From positions 11,157 through 75,156 of the forward strand of contig JAGASS010000025.1 in the NCBI GenBank assembly GCA_017621655.1: a stretch of DNA of 64,000 nt, read 5' to 3'. Below are positions 42,848-53,385 of this stretch, piece by piece. The notes under the pieces are model-generated. The model had not been told where the DNA came from. It saw nothing but the letters and a program-made list of their open reading frames with translations, and did not search any database. The position numbers and the translations under genes were made by a program. The first letter of the stretch is position 1, and the number at the start of each line of letters is the position of its first letter. The DNA comes from Clostridia bacterium. Its GTDB lineage: Bacteria; Bacillota; Clostridia; Oscillospirales; CAG-272.

Positions 42848-44092
42848 TTGATAAGAACTATCCTGCACTGTGACATGAACAATTTTTTCGCGTCCGTCGA
42901 GTGTCGTAAGGACCCTCGGCTTTTTTCGCTGCCTCTCGCCGTCTGCGGAAGTATTGAGGAGCGCCACGGCATCGTTCTTGCCAAAAATTACGTTGCGAAA
43001 AAATACGGCATCGTAACAGGCGAGCCGGTCGTTCGTGCGAAGCAGAAATGCCCCGATCTCATAATCGCCGAGCCGCATTACGACGAGTATATGTATTTTT
43101 CGCGCTTAGCGAAGGAGATATATCTTTCATATACCGACCTCGTTGAGCCGTTCGGCGCCGACGAATGTTGGCTCGACGTGACGGGAAGCCGCGCCCTTTT
43201 CGGCGACGGAGAGACCATTGCAAACACCCTGCGCGAGCGCATAAAAAATGAGCTTGGGCTTACCATTTCGGTCGGAGTTTCCTTCAACAAAATGTTCGCA
43301 AAGCTCGGCTCGGATATGAAAAAGCCCGACGCTGTGACCGTCATTCCCTATGAATCGTTCAGGGAAAAGATATGGCATCTGCCCGCCTCCGACCTTATGG
43401 GCGTCGGTCCTGCGACGTGCGCAACGCTTGCGCGGTTCGGCATTCACACTATTGGTCAGATTGCAAACGCCTATCCGCCGATGCTGAAAAGCGCGCTCGG
43501 AAAAAACGGGCTTTCGCTTATCGAAACCGCGAATGGCAGGGACGTCTCGCCCGTCGTTTCCGAGGAAAACGCCGAGCCGATAAAGAGCATGAGTCACGGC
43601 ACGACGACCGCCCGCGATCTCACGACTCGTGAGGAGATAAAGGCCGTTATGCTCGCCCTTTGCGAGGAGCTTGGGCATCGGCTTCTTGCGCTGAAGAGAA
43701 AGGCGTGCTCGGTCAGCGTTGCGCTCCGTGACTGCAACCTGCAGACGTGTCAGTATCAGTGTCACCTCGATATGCCGACAGACAGCTATTCGGTGATCGC
43801 CAAGCGCGCCTTTGCGCTCACGCTCGAAAAGCATCATTTTTCCGCGCCGCTTCGCTCTGTCACTGTCGGCGTGAACCACTTGATCCCGTCATCCTCTCCC
43901 TGCCAGATCGACCTCTTTACCGATCCATCCGATACCGTTCGGCGCGAAACGCTCGATTCAGTTATGGATAGGATCAATGTCCGTTTCGGCAGGGACAAGA
44001 TCAGATATGGGCTTCTTTATTCATCTTCCCTTTCCGACGTCAGCGAGGGCTTCGGATTCGGAAAGATAAACAATATGATGGCGGCGACGTGA
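42848..44092 (+). CDS. dinB: DNA polymerase IV (Y-family)
   Basis: ILHCDMNNFFASVE and SIDEAWLDV-like (GADECWLDVTG) motifs. TTG start preceded by GAGGGGGGGG. Confidence 0.9.
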   Translation: MIRTILHCDMNNFFASVECRKDPRLFSLPLAVCGSIEERHGIVLAKNYVAKKYGIVTGEPVVRAKQKCPDLIIAEPHYDEYMYFSRLAKEIYLSYTDLVEPFGADECWLDVTGSRALFGDGETIANTLRERIKNELGLTISVGVSFNKMFAKLGSDMKKPDAVTVIPYESFREKIWHLPASDLMGVGPATCATLARFGIHTIGQIANAYPPMLKSALGKNGLSLIETANGRDVSPVVSEENAEPIKSMSHGTTTARDLTTREEIKAVMLALCEELGHRLLALKRKACSVSVALRDCNLQTCQYQCHLDMPTDSYSVIAKRAFALTLEKHHFSAPLRSVTVGVNHLIPSSSPCQIDLFTDPSDTVRRETLDSVMDRINVRFGRDKIRYGLLYSSSLSDVSEGFGFGKINNMMAAT

Positions 44093-44109
44093 CGGGAAGG
44101 CGAGGGGGC

Positions 44110-44335
44110 GCGGCAAAGCTTCGGAATGTTGCTATGGCTCCCTCCGGGAGGGAGCTGTCACCGAAGGTGACTGAAGGAGCACGCGCGGGAACGATGTTAC
44201 TTTTCTTTGGAACGGCGGGAGCAAGCCCCCGCCCTACACGGCGGCGTTGCCGCCTACACCTCATCCGTCAACCTGCGGTTGACACCTTCCCCCGCTGGGG
44301 AAGGTAGACAACGTGGCAAAGCTTTTCGTCGCCTT
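44110..44335. repeat. REP/BIME-like composite repeat cluster R15
   Basis: CTCCCTCCGGGAGGGAG, the shared 31-nt GTCACCGAAGGTGAC block, GGCGGGAGCAAGCCCCCGCC-CTAC, ACACCTCATCC-GTCAACCTGCGGTTGAC, CCTTCCCCCGCTGGGGAAGG and GTGGCAAAGCTTT. Confidence 0.85.
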
Positions 44336-44383
44336 TGCAGGAAACGACGCTTCGTCTCAAGCAAAATCACCAGTTAAAACATA

Positions 44384-44412
44384 AAAACCGATACGGCTAA
44401 CCGTATCGGTTT
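44384..44412 (-). terminator. terminator downstream of the 287-aa gene
   Basis: ACCGATACGG-CTAA-CCGTATCGGT, with an A-run and a T-run on either side. Confidence 0.75.
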
Positions 44413-44415
44413 AAT

Positions 44416-45279
44416 TTATTTATGGTCGGCAAGAGCCATTATTTCTTCCTCCGTCATTTCTGAAAGAAGAAAACGGGCTCCGTCGAATCTGCAGATTTTT
44501 TCCTTTGGTATAAGCTCCAGAAACTCGGAATATTCAACATCGCAAACGACCTTTCCGTCGGCAGCGATAATTACCGACCACTTTTTGCATTCGATCGGTC
44601 TTCCCGTTGAATAATCAATAGCTCCAAGCGGAACGGTAGGTTTGTTCGGAAAAATGGCAACGAGATCGCTCATCAGCATATATTTTCCGCATATTCCGCC
44701 TTCTTCATAATAAAAACGAGGGCTTTCGAAGCACGCATCAACGGTCTGATTTTTATGCAACCACCACGCGTAATATTCGGGGTCGCCCAAGAAGCGTCTT
44801 GCTTCCTCCATCCCCATAGTGAGAGGCCACATAGCGGAATATAGCACAAGGTCCCCGTGCTCCCCGTTAATAACACCGGAGGAAATTTGATTCAGTATGT
44901 CGTTATTGACCTCGACCCTCCGTTCAAGATCGGAAAGAAAATCGGACAAGCTCACTTTACTGCCGTCGACAGTCAAGCTTCCGCCCCAGTGATTCACCAT
45001 TCTTTCGACAGCGGAATAAAAATCCTTTATTTCATATTTCGTCGACGGTATCGGAAGCCGAAGCGCGATCTCCTTCGTTTCGTCGGGCTTCCAGCTCACG
45101 CTGAATCCCCTTCCGACACAGTATGGATTATACGCAATGAATTCTCCGCCGCCCAGCTTACCCGTTTCAAGCCGTTCTCCTTCGTAGATCCCGTATTGCA
45201 GATCGTCACCCAAAATTACCCTGAGGGGCATGCTTTTGTTGCCAAACAGTTTTTGCTTTATTATTACGTCAATAGCCAT
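44416..45279 (-). CDS. hypothetical protein (287 aa)
   Basis: Long ORF with normal composition and no overlapping alternative. Family not recognised with confidence. Confidence 0.65.
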   Translation of the reverse strand: MAIDVIIKQKLFGNKSMPLRVILGDDLQYGIYEGERLETGKLGGGEFIAYNPYCVGRGFSVSWKPDETKEIALRLPIPSTKYEIKDFYSAVERMVNHWGGSLTVDGSKVSLSDFLSDLERRVEVNNDILNQISSGVINGEHGDLVLYSAMWPLTMGMEEARRFLGDPEYYAWWLHKNQTVDACFESPRFYYEEGGICGKYMLMSDLVAIFPNKPTVPLGAIDYSTGRPIECKKWSVIIAADGKVVCDVEYSEFLELIPKEKICRFDGARFLLSEMTEEEIMALADHK

Positions 45280-45338
45280 ATGGATACCTCCACGGATCAG
45301 TTTTAACGAAGGCGTATAAGCGATAATATCGGTTTTAA

Positions 45339-45710
45339 TTATTCGTGAAATTCTATCGGAAGCCCGTCGGGGTCCTTTACGAAGAAAAGGCGGTAGGGCG
45401 TTCCGGGATGGAGGCGGATCTCTTCCGGCTCGTAGCCGAGCGCTCTTACTCTTTCATGCTCCTTTTCAAGCTCCGTCGCATGGAAGCAAAGGTGACGAAG
45501 TCCCATCGCCTCGGGATCGCTTACTCTCGGCGGACACGTCGGATCAATGAAAATTTCAAGCATTATCCCGTGTGCGCACATAAATATCATTCTGTCGTTC
45601 GGTCTTACGACCTCGCTCTCAATTTCAAAGCCGAGAACGTCGCGGTAAAACGCGACAGTGCGCTCACGCTCCGATGCGTTTATCGCTATATGATGCTGTC
45701 CTTTTATCAT
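45339..45710 (-). CDS. VOC/glyoxalase-family protein
   Basis: HHIAINASERERTVAFYRDVLGFEI and a C-terminal DPDGLPIEFHE. Confidence 0.85.
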   Translation of the reverse strand: MIKGQHHIAINASERERTVAFYRDVLGFEIESEVVRPNDRMIFMCAHGIMLEIFIDPTCPPRVSDPEAMGLRHLCFHATELEKEHERVRALGYEPEEIRLHPGTPYRLFFVKDPDGLPIEFHE

Positions 45711-45722
45711 TTTCGATCCTCT

Positions 45723-46118
45723 TTACTTGTTATTCAAATCGGTTTTGATCTGCGTCGTGCTTATTTCCGGCGTTCTCGGCAGATATACCACCTCGACGCC
45801 CTCTTCCTTAAGAAAGTCGAACTTGCCTTCCCAGTCGTCTCCCATAACGAAGGTATCAATATGATACTCGTGTACGTCCGTCTTCTTCTGCTCCCAGCAG
45901 GTCTCGGGAATTACGAGGTCAACGTAGCGTATCGCTTCGACGAGCGTTTTTCTTTGCTCGTACGAGAAATAGCACTTTTTGCGCTTCTCGTTCCAGTTGA
46001 ATTCGTCCGTCGAGACGACCACTATCAGGTAATCTCCAAGCGCCTTTGCACGCTTTAGCAGATTTATGTGACCGTAGTGAAGCAGGTCAAAGGTTCCGTA
46101 TGTTATTACTCGTTTCAT
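45723..46118 (-). CDS. tagD: glycerol-3-phosphate cytidylyltransferase (copy 1)
   Basis: [41 protein letters not shown] carries the HxGH cytidylyltransferase signature. Confidence 0.9.
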   Translation of the reverse strand: MKRVITYGTFDLLHYGHINLLKRAKALGDYLIVVVSTDEFNWNEKRKKCYFSYEQRKTLVEAIRYVDLVIPETCWEQKKTDVHEYHIDTFVMGDDWEGKFDFLKEEGVEVVYLPRTPEISTTQIKTDLNNK

Positions 46119-47263
46119 TTTGTCACTCCGTTTGAAGCCAGCTTGTCCTTTATAAAGTCAACTATCAGCTTGCTCGATTCGCGCGCCTCAATGCCGTAAG
46201 CGGCTGTGAGCGCACGCCTTTTTTCAAGATATTCGTCATCGCCCGACGCGACCTTTCTTATAAAGTCGGTCATCTCGTCGCAGTTATCGATCAGATGCCC
46301 CGGCAACGACTTGCGAACATCGTCGTACCAAAGCCCCCATTCTGCTCCGTATTCCTCGGCATCCTCGAAGTTCAGCCCTATCGGGCGTTCGGTCAGAAGA
46401 TAATCGTAATAGACCGACGAGTAGTCGGTTATAAGTGCCGAGGATAGGGAAAGAAATTCGTACAGATTCATGCCGACCGAGCTTAAATATGCGTCGTCAG
46501 CTATTCCAATATTGCCGTCGCCCTCGACCTTGAAGACCGAGAGGTCCTGCGCGGGATGAGGACGGATAAAGAGCTTTATTCCGCATTCGTTCAGACACTT
46601 CTTCAGCGTCTCAAGCTCGGACTGCGACTTTATCGCGGGAACTCCGAGCGGAAATTTATTTTCCATTCGGACTTCCTTTTTTATATTGTGCTGTCTGAAG
46701 GTCGGCATCCATACAATATAGCGTTCCGGCGCCGTCTTACCGCCGACAAGAACCTCGTTACGAGGAAATCCGAGAGGAATCAGAGGACTGCTTATAACAG
46801 TGCCGTAACGCGCGTGAAATCCCTCTCCCATCGTCAGATATCCGTCGCATTCGCCGACGGTCCTAAGATAATTCAGCACCTTTTTGATGCCCATTCCGTG
46901 TCCGAGATGAACGCGCACCTGAGCGTATTTCGTCTTCTGAACGCATCGGTTACAGTCGATTATAACCGCCGCCGAATACTCATAATACACGCGTCTGATC
47001 TTCTTGAGCATAGATTCCCCGACATTATCGACGCATGTGATCCTCGCTCCGCAAAGCTCCTTGCGACGTTTCTCATAGTCGGCTACGAACCAGACGAGCT
47101 TATACCCGTCAAACGCTCCGTTTTCGACTATGTACTTGAATAGCCAATATGTGTTGTCCGAAAAATCCGGGTTCGATTCAAAAATTATCAGCTTGCGTAT
47201 CGGAGTAAGCGCCTTTAATATTCTTTTAAGGAAAAGACGTAGTTTGTTGATCATGAAAGTCAA
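46115..47263 (-). CDS. CDP-glycerol glycerophosphotransferase family protein (TagB/TagF-like)
   Basis: The C-terminal motif [19 protein letters not shown] is typical of Glyphos_transf. There is a 4-nt overlap with tagD. Confidence 0.85.
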   Translation of the reverse strand: MTFMINKLRLFLKRILKALTPIRKLIIFESNPDFSDNTYWLFKYIVENGAFDGYKLVWFVADYEKRRKELCGARITCVDNVGESMLKKIRRVYYEYSAAVIIDCNRCVQKTKYAQVRVHLGHGMGIKKVLNYLRTVGECDGYLTMGEGFHARYGTVISSPLIPLGFPRNEVLVGGKTAPERYIVWMPTFRQHNIKKEVRMENKFPLGVPAIKSQSELETLKKCLNECGIKLFIRPHPAQDLSVFKVEGDGNIGIADDAYLSSVGMNLYEFLSLSSALITDYSSVYYDYLLTERPIGLNFEDAEEYGAEWGLWYDDVRKSLPGHLIDNCDEMTDFIRKVASGDDEYLEKRRALTAAYGIEARESSKLIVDFIKDKLASNGVTK

Positions 47264-47272
47264 AGTGTTAAC

Positions 47273-48457
47273 TTAATATTTTCTCCACACCATTTTATTT
47301 ACAACGCCGGTGTAGGACTGTATTATTTTTACGACCTTTGTAGATACATTTTCGTCGGTATAGGTCGGAACTGGAGTTCCGTTATCGGCGTTTTCGTTCA
47401 TCGAAACGGCGGTATCGACTGCCTGGAGCAGTCCGTTTTCGTCGATTCCCGCGAGGATAAAGCACGCCTTATCGAGCGCCTCGGGGCGCTCGGTCGAGGT
47501 TCTTATGCAGACCGCCGGGAAGGGATGTCCGACGCTCGTGAAGAAGCTCGATTCCTCGGGAAGCGTTCCGCTGTCCGAAACGACCGCAAATGCGTTCATC
47601 TGCAGACAATTGTAGTCGTGGAAGCCGAGCGGCTGATTCATTCTTACGCGGCTGTCGAGCTTGAAGCCGCTTGCCTCAAGACGCTTTTTGGAGCGCGGAT
47701 GGCAGGAATAAAGTATCGGCATATCGTACTTTTCAGCCAGCTTATTTATTGCCGTAAATAGACTTACGAAGTTCTTTTCGGTATCTATATTTTCCTCTCT
47801 GTGTGCCGAAAGAAGAATATACTTGCCCTTTTCAAGACCGAGGCGCTCATGAACGTCGCTCTTTTCGATCTCGGCAAGATTCTCATGAAGCACCTCTGCC
47901 ATAGGCGAACCTGTTACGTAGGTTCTTTCCTTAGGCAGTCCACACTCGTGCAGATAGGTTCTCGCCTGCTCGCTGTATGCGAGGTTTACGTCGGAAATTA
48001 TATCAACTATACGGCGGTTCGTTTCCTCGGGAAGGCACTCGTCCTTACATCTGTTGCCTGCCTCCATATGGAATATCGGTATATGCAGACGCTTCGCCGC
48101 GATAGCGGAAAGGCAGGAGTTCGTATCACCGAGAATGAGAAGCGCGTCGGGCTTTATCTCGTTCATCAGCTTATACGAGCAATTTATGATATTTCCGACA
48201 GTCGCGCCGAGGTCGTCACCGACCGCGTCCATATACACCTCGGGATCGGCAAGCTTTAAGTCCTTAAAGAACACGCCGTTCAAGTTATAATCGTAATTCT
48301 GTCCCGTATGCGCAAGGATCGTATCGAAATACTTTCGGCACTTATTTATCACCGCCGCAAGACGGATTATCTCGGGACGCGTGCCGACGATAATAAGCAG
48401 CTTTAGTTTGCCATTGTTCTTGAATTTTACGTCAGAATAATCAAGCTTTATATCCAT
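47273..48457 (-). CDS. fnlC: UDP-N-acetylglucosamine 2-epimerase, FnlC/CapG-like
   Basis: KLKLLIIVGTRPEIIRLAAVI, followed by an Epimerase_2 body. It is third in an fnlA-fnlB-fnlC-ordered trio. Confidence 0.85.
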   Translation of the reverse strand: MDIKLDYSDVKFKNNGKLKLLIIVGTRPEIIRLAAVINKCRKYFDTILAHTGQNYDYNLNGVFFKDLKLADPEVYMDAVGDDLGATVGNIINCSYKLMNEIKPDALLILGDTNSCLSAIAAKRLHIPIFHMEAGNRCKDECLPEETNRRIVDIISDVNLAYSEQARTYLHECGLPKERTYVTGSPMAEVLHENLAEIEKSDVHERLGLEKGKYILLSAHREENIDTEKNFVSLFTAINKLAEKYDMPILYSCHPRSKKRLEASGFKLDSRVRMNQPLGFHDYNCLQMNAFAVVSDSGTLPEESSFFTSVGHPFPAVCIRTSTERPEALDKACFILAGIDENGLLQAVDTAVSMNENADNGTPVPTYTDENVSTKVVKIIQSYTGVVNKMVWRKY

Positions 48458-49653
48458 TATTCAACCACCTCAAAAAACGTATCGGGACAGCTCACGTCAA
48501 ACTGCTCGTTTGCCCATATTACCGTGACAAGATCGTCCGTATCCGAAAGATTTATTATGTTATGAGTATACCCGGGAAGCATATGCACCGCCTCGATCTT
48601 ATCGCCCGAGACCTCGAAGTTCAGCACCTCGTCAGTGCCTATCTTTCTCTGCTGTATCAGCCCCTTGCCCGACACGACTATGAAAAATTCCCATTTCGTG
48701 TTGTGCCAATGCTGACCCTTAGTTATTCCCGGCTTCGAGATATTCACCGAGATCTGTCCGCATTTTTCGGTCTTGAGAAGCTCGGTAAAGGAACCGCGGT
48801 CGTCGCAATTCATCTTCAGAGGAAACGACACCTTTTCCTTCGGCAGATAGCTGAGATAAGTGCTGTACAGCTTTTTTGCAAAGGAATTTTCAGGTATCTC
48901 CGGCATAATAAGCGTGCGGCTCTGATCCTTGAAGCAGTAAAGCAGATCGACTATCTCTCCGAGCGTAACTCTGTGCGTTATCGGCGCGGCGCAATATTCG
49001 CCGTCTCCAAGGACGGTCTTTATACCGTCGAAGGTACAATGATGCTCCTTGCCCTCAAGCGCGTCGAGCATCTCGGTCACGAGGTCGTCAATATACAGAA
49101 GCTCAAGCTCCACCGAACGGTCGTTCACCGTGATCGGCAAGTCGTTCGCTATATTATTACAGAAGGTTGCAACTGCCGAATTGTAATTCGGACGGCACCA
49201 TTTTCCAAAAAGATTCGGGAATCTGTAAACGAGCACCTTAGCGCCCGTTTTTCTTCCGTACTGAAAGACTAGCTCCTCGCCTGCCTTCTTGCTCCTTCCG
49301 TAGTCGCCATCGTAGCGGCCGATGCAGGTCGCCTGGATCGACGACGAGATCATAACAGGGCAGGTGTTCCCCTGCGCCTTTAAGGTGTCGAGCAAGGTCG
49401 ACGCGAAGCCGAAATTGCCCTTCATAAACTCGTCCGTGTTCTGCGGACGGTTTACCCCCGCGAGATTAAAAACAAAATCGCACTCGGCGCAGTATTCAGT
49501 TAAAAGCTTCGGATCTGTGTCGATATCGTATTCAAATATCTCATCGATCTTCAAGCTCGGTCTTGTTCGGTCCTTGCCGTCGCGCAAATTTCTAAGCGAC
49601 GCGCAAAGATTCTTGCCGACAAATCCGCCGGCGCCGGTTACGAGAATTTTCAT
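48457..49653 (-). CDS. fnlB: FnlB/CapF-like reductase (NAD-dependent epimerase domain + C-terminal cupin)
   Basis: MKILVTGAGGFVGKNL at the N-terminus, and a C-terminal KGQHWHNTKWEFFIVVSG cupin-like segment. Confidence 0.85.
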   Translation of the reverse strand: MKILVTGAGGFVGKNLCASLRNLRDGKDRTRPSLKIDEIFEYDIDTDPKLLTEYCAECDFVFNLAGVNRPQNTDEFMKGNFGFASTLLDTLKAQGNTCPVMISSSIQATCIGRYDGDYGRSKKAGEELVFQYGRKTGAKVLVYRFPNLFGKWCRPNYNSAVATFCNNIANDLPITVNDRSVELELLYIDDLVTEMLDALEGKEHHCTFDGIKTVLGDGEYCAAPITHRVTLGEIVDLLYCFKDQSRTLIMPEIPENSFAKKLYSTYLSYLPKEKVSFPLKMNCDDRGSFTELLKTEKCGQISVNISKPGITKGQHWHNTKWEFFIVVSGKGLIQQRKIGTDEVLNFEVSGDKIEAVHMLPGYTHNIINLSDTDDLVTVIWANEQFDVSCPDTFFEVVE

Positions 49654-50694
49654 TTATTTTGCGTCCTTCTTCAGCTCTTCCTGAATGTAAGCAAGCACGG
49701 CGATCTTCGCCTTCGTCTGCTCGACGTTCAGAAGCTCTGTATTATTAGAGTTGAACTCGGTGAGCTTGTTTCTCTCCTTGTCACCCTCGCTAAAGTATTT
49801 GTCGTAATTGAGTCCGCGCTTGTCGCATGGAACACGGTAGAAGTTGCCCATGTCGATCGCGTGCGCGCATTCCTCGTTCGTGAGAAGCGTCTCGTACATC
49901 TTTTCGCCGTGGCGGATTCCGATGACCTTGATATTCTCCTTGTCGCCGCCGAAAAGCTCGCAGACCGCTTCCGCCTGCGTCTGGATCGTGCATGCGGGCG
50001 CCTTCTGAACCAGAATGTCGCCGCTTTCGCCGTGCTCAAACGCGAAGAGCACGAGGTCGACCGCCTCGTCGAGCGACATGATGAATCTCGTCATCGTCGG
50101 CTCGGTAATCGTTATCGGGTTGCCTGCGCGTATCTGGTCTATCCACAAAGGAATTACCGAGCCGCGCGAGCACATTACGTTTCCGTAACGCGTGCAGCAG
50201 ATCTTCGTTTCCTTTGTCGTGCGCGACTTCGCAACGATGACCTTTTCCATCATCGCCTTCGAGGTTCCCATAGCGTTTACCGGGTACGCCGCCTTGTCCG
50301 TCGATAGACAAACAACGTTCTTTACCCCCGCCTCGATCGCCGCAGTCAGCACGTTTTCGGTGCCAAGCACGTTCGTCTTCACCGCCTCGATCGGGAAAAA
50401 CTCGCAGGACGGGACCTGCTTGAGCGCCGCTGCGTGGAAAATGTAATCGACGCCGTGCATCGCGTTCTTGACGGAAGCGAGATCGCGCACGTCTCCGATG
50501 TAAAAGCTTATTTTTTCAGCATATTCCGGCATCTTCGCCTGGAATTCGTGCCTCATATCGTCCTGCTTCTTCTCGTCGCGCGAGAAAATGCGGATCTCAC
50601 CGATGTCGGTCTTCAAAAAGCGGTTAAGCACCGCGTTTCCGAACGACCCCGTTCCGCCGGTTATAAGCAGGGTTTTGTTTGTGAAAAGTCCCAT
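49654..50694 (-). CDS. fnlA: UDP-GlcNAc 4,6-dehydratase/5-epimerase, FnlA/CapE-like
   Basis: KTLLITGGTGSFGNAVLNRFLKTDIGEIRIFSRDEKKQDDMRHEF closely matches the CapE/FnlA N-terminus. Confidence 0.9.
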   Translation of the reverse strand: MGLFTNKTLLITGGTGSFGNAVLNRFLKTDIGEIRIFSRDEKKQDDMRHEFQAKMPEYAEKISFYIGDVRDLASVKNAMHGVDYIFHAAALKQVPSCEFFPIEAVKTNVLGTENVLTAAIEAGVKNVVCLSTDKAAYPVNAMGTSKAMMEKVIVAKSRTTKETKICCTRYGNVMCSRGSVIPLWIDQIRAGNPITITEPTMTRFIMSLDEAVDLVLFAFEHGESGDILVQKAPACTIQTQAEAVCELFGGDKENIKVIGIRHGEKMYETLLTNEECAHAIDMGNFYRVPCDKRGLNYDKYFSEGDKERNKLTEFNSNNTELLNVEQTKAKIAVLAYIQEELKKDAK

Positions 50695-50696
50695 TA

Positions 50697-51788
50697 TCAG
50701 CCCTCCAGAATATCAGCAATTCTCTTGCAGGCAAAGCCATCTCCGTAGGGATTGCTCGCCTTTGACATTGCGTCGTATGCCGATCTATCATCAAGCAAGA
50801 GCTTGAAATTTTCATAAATAACCTGTTCGTCAGTTCCGACAAGCTTAAGCGTTCCTGCCTTTATGCCCTCGGGGCGCTCCGTCGTATCTCTCATAACAAG
50901 AACCGGCTTGCCGAGCGAAGGAGCTTCCTCCTGTATACCGCCGCTATCGGTCAATATCATATAGCTGCGTGCAAGGAAGTTGTGAAAATCGAGAACCTCA
51001 AGCGGCTCGATTATGTGTATGCGGTCACAGCCGCCGAGCTCCTCGTCTGCCGCCTTGCGGACAACGGGGTTCATGTGTATCGGATAGATTGCCTTGACGT
51101 CAGGATTTTCGTCCATTACGCGACGGATCGCGCGGAACATATTGTGCATTGGCTCACCGAGGTTTTCACGTCGATGCGCCGTGATCATAATAAGTCGGCT
51201 GTCCGACGCCCATTCTAGCTCGGGATGTGTATAATCTTCGCGGACAGTTGTCTTAAGGGCATCTATTGCCGTATTACCCGTAATATAGATGCTGTTTTCA
51301 TCCTTGCCTTCTCTGACGAGATTTGCTTTCGAAAGCTCCGTCGGCGCAAAATTATATTTCGAAATTATCGACACCGCCTGACGGTTGAACTCCTCAGGAT
51401 ACGGGCTATAAATATTGTAGGTGCGCAGTCCCGCCTCGACATGACCGATCGCTATCTGCTTATAGAAGCAAGCGAGCGCGGTAACAAACGTGGTAGATGT
51501 GTCGCCGTGTACAAGCACAACGTCGGGCTTGACCTCGTCAAGCACTTCTCCGATCTTATTGAGTATATTCGTCGTTATATCAAACAGCGTCTGTCCCGCT
51601 TTCATTATCGAAAGATCGTAATCGGGCACAACCTTGAAGGTATCAAGAACCATATCGAGCATCTGGCGATGCTGACCGGTTACGCAAACGACTGTTTTTA
51701 TACCCTCTCTCGTTTTAAGTTCGTTTACGAGGGGACACATTTTTATTGCTTCCGGTCTTGTACCGAAGACGAGCATTACTGTTTTCAT
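50697..51788 (-). CDS. wecB: UDP-N-acetylglucosamine 2-epimerase (non-hydrolysing)
   Basis: MKTVMLVFGTRPEAIKMCPLV...HVEAGLRT... Confidence 0.9.
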   Translation of the reverse strand: MKTVMLVFGTRPEAIKMCPLVNELKTREGIKTVVCVTGQHRQMLDMVLDTFKVVPDYDLSIMKAGQTLFDITTNILNKIGEVLDEVKPDVVLVHGDTSTTFVTALACFYKQIAIGHVEAGLRTYNIYSPYPEEFNRQAVSIISKYNFAPTELSKANLVREGKDENSIYITGNTAIDALKTTVREDYTHPELEWASDSRLIMITAHRRENLGEPMHNMFRAIRRVMDENPDVKAIYPIHMNPVVRKAADEELGGCDRIHIIEPLEVLDFHNFLARSYMILTDSGGIQEEAPSLGKPVLVMRDTTERPEGIKAGTLKLVGTDEQVIYENFKLLLDDRSAYDAMSKASNPYGDGFACKRIADILEG

Positions 51789-51789
51789 A

Positions 51790-53256
51790 TTATTTTCCTT
51801 TTTTTGAAGATTTTAAGATACTGGCAATTACGTTTACGCATTTATCCTTAATATAAATAAACTCTTTATTTTTTGTCACAAGCGATAGCGTCACGTACAC
51901 AACAATACCAACAACTATTTGCAACATCAATGTAAGTGCATTGCCCAAGGGAAGAAGCTGCACAGCATACGCGCAAATAAACATGATAACCGCCATGCCT
52001 ACATTGGGCATAATATCAGCCATTTGCTCCTTAACACTATACTTCAACAATTTTGATGTTGGATATGCGTTAACGACAACGAAGAACGTTGCGGTTAAAG
52101 CCATAGCCGCCACGATTGCCTCCACGCTTATCCACATAACAATAACTAACACCACAAGCTCTATAGCTTTTTTCACCAATTCCAAGCGCAAGTACACATC
52201 GCCTCTTCCTATTGCTTTTATTGCTTGCATATTTGCACCATGTATGGGTTGAAACAAGTGCATCACGCATATCATTTGCAAGAACGGAACACAGGGAAGC
52301 CATTTGTCTGTCAAGACTAAGCTCACAAATGGCGTTGCAACCGCAGCAAAGCCAAGCATGACAGGAGCCATTACATAAGAAGAAAAGCGAACTGAATTTT
52401 TTATCGTCCGTTTCACACTGGAAATGTCATTTTGCTCATTTGCCATTTTGGGGTATAGCACAGCTCCAATAGAAACGGTAATATTTGTCATAATCAAATC
52501 AGGGAAGCGCTTGCCCTTATCATAATACGCCAAATCCGCCGATGAGTACAACTTGCCGATTATCAATGCACGAGCTTCTTGATATCCGGTACACAAAAGA
52601 TTCACGCCCAAAACTCGTGCGCCAAATGGAAATAGTCTGCGCAGCGATTCAAAAGAAAAAAGCAGTCGCGGCATTTTTTTCAATGTCAAGATAAGCACAA
52701 ATGTGCTGATAAGCGTGCTTGACAAATATTGTGCGACCAAAGCCCATACACCAAATCCGCTATATGCCATCGCAACGCCAATAATTCCTGATATAATAGT
52801 TCCGCTCAGTGTCGACAAGAAAAATTTACGGAACATCATTTTCTTTGAAACATATGCCTGCTGAATGGAATTAACGGCGGCGAGCGGTATTCTCAATGAC
52901 AATACGCGCAAAGCGGGGACAAGGATACCATAACCATAACCGCAAAATTTTGCTATACAAGGTGCAGCAAAAAACAAGAGTACGTATAATGCGGCAGAAA
53001 ACGCCAAATTAAAGTACAAAACAGAACAGTAATCCAAAGCACTCGCATCTTTTTTTTGTATCAACGCGCTCCCAAAGCCGTCACTAACAAACACGTTTGC
53101 AATGGTGATAAAAACCATAACAATAGCAACCACGCCATAATCTTCGGGGGATAGTAAACGCGCTAATACAATAGACACAACAAGGGAAACAAATTGCGCA
53201 GATATTCTCTCGGCAAATTTCCAAAACAAATTATTGAGTAGGCCGTTTTTTTGCAA
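51790..53256 (-). CDS. wzx: Wzx-type oligosaccharide flippase (MOP superfamily)
   Basis: About 12-14 TM helices. Start trimmed to TTG 53256, which has AAGGGGG 7 nt upstream. The track start at 53349 has no RBS. Confidence 0.8.
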   Translation of the reverse strand: MQKNGLLNNLFWKFAERISAQFVSLVVSIVLARLLSPEDYGVVAIVMVFITIANVFVSDGFGSALIQKKDASALDYCSVLYFNLAFSAALYVLLFFAAPCIAKFCGYGYGILVPALRVLSLRIPLAAVNSIQQAYVSKKMMFRKFFLSTLSGTIISGIIGVAMAYSGFGVWALVAQYLSSTLISTFVLILTLKKMPRLLFSFESLRRLFPFGARVLGVNLLCTGYQEARALIIGKLYSSADLAYYDKGKRFPDLIMTNITVSIGAVLYPKMANEQNDISSVKRTIKNSVRFSSYVMAPVMLGFAAVATPFVSLVLTDKWLPCVPFLQMICVMHLFQPIHGANMQAIKAIGRGDVYLRLELVKKAIELVVLVIVMWISVEAIVAAMALTATFFVVVNAYPTSKLLKYSVKEQMADIMPNVGMAVIMFICAYAVQLLPLGNALTLMLQIVVGIVVYVTLSLVTKNKEFIYIKDKCVNVIASILKSSKKGK

Positions 53257-53385
53257 AACCACACCCCCTTTTGCGTATTTAAGTAGTAATTCAGATTCAA
53301 AGCAACACCGAGCGTAACGCCCAACAATTTGAACCGTCTCTAACCCCAAGCTGCCGATCTATTCCAACAGCCATTGGAAGCGGAA

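Noticed and set aside
43127-43879. 250-aa minus-strand ORF.
   Set aside because: Antisense to dinB, Arg-rich, and without an RBS.
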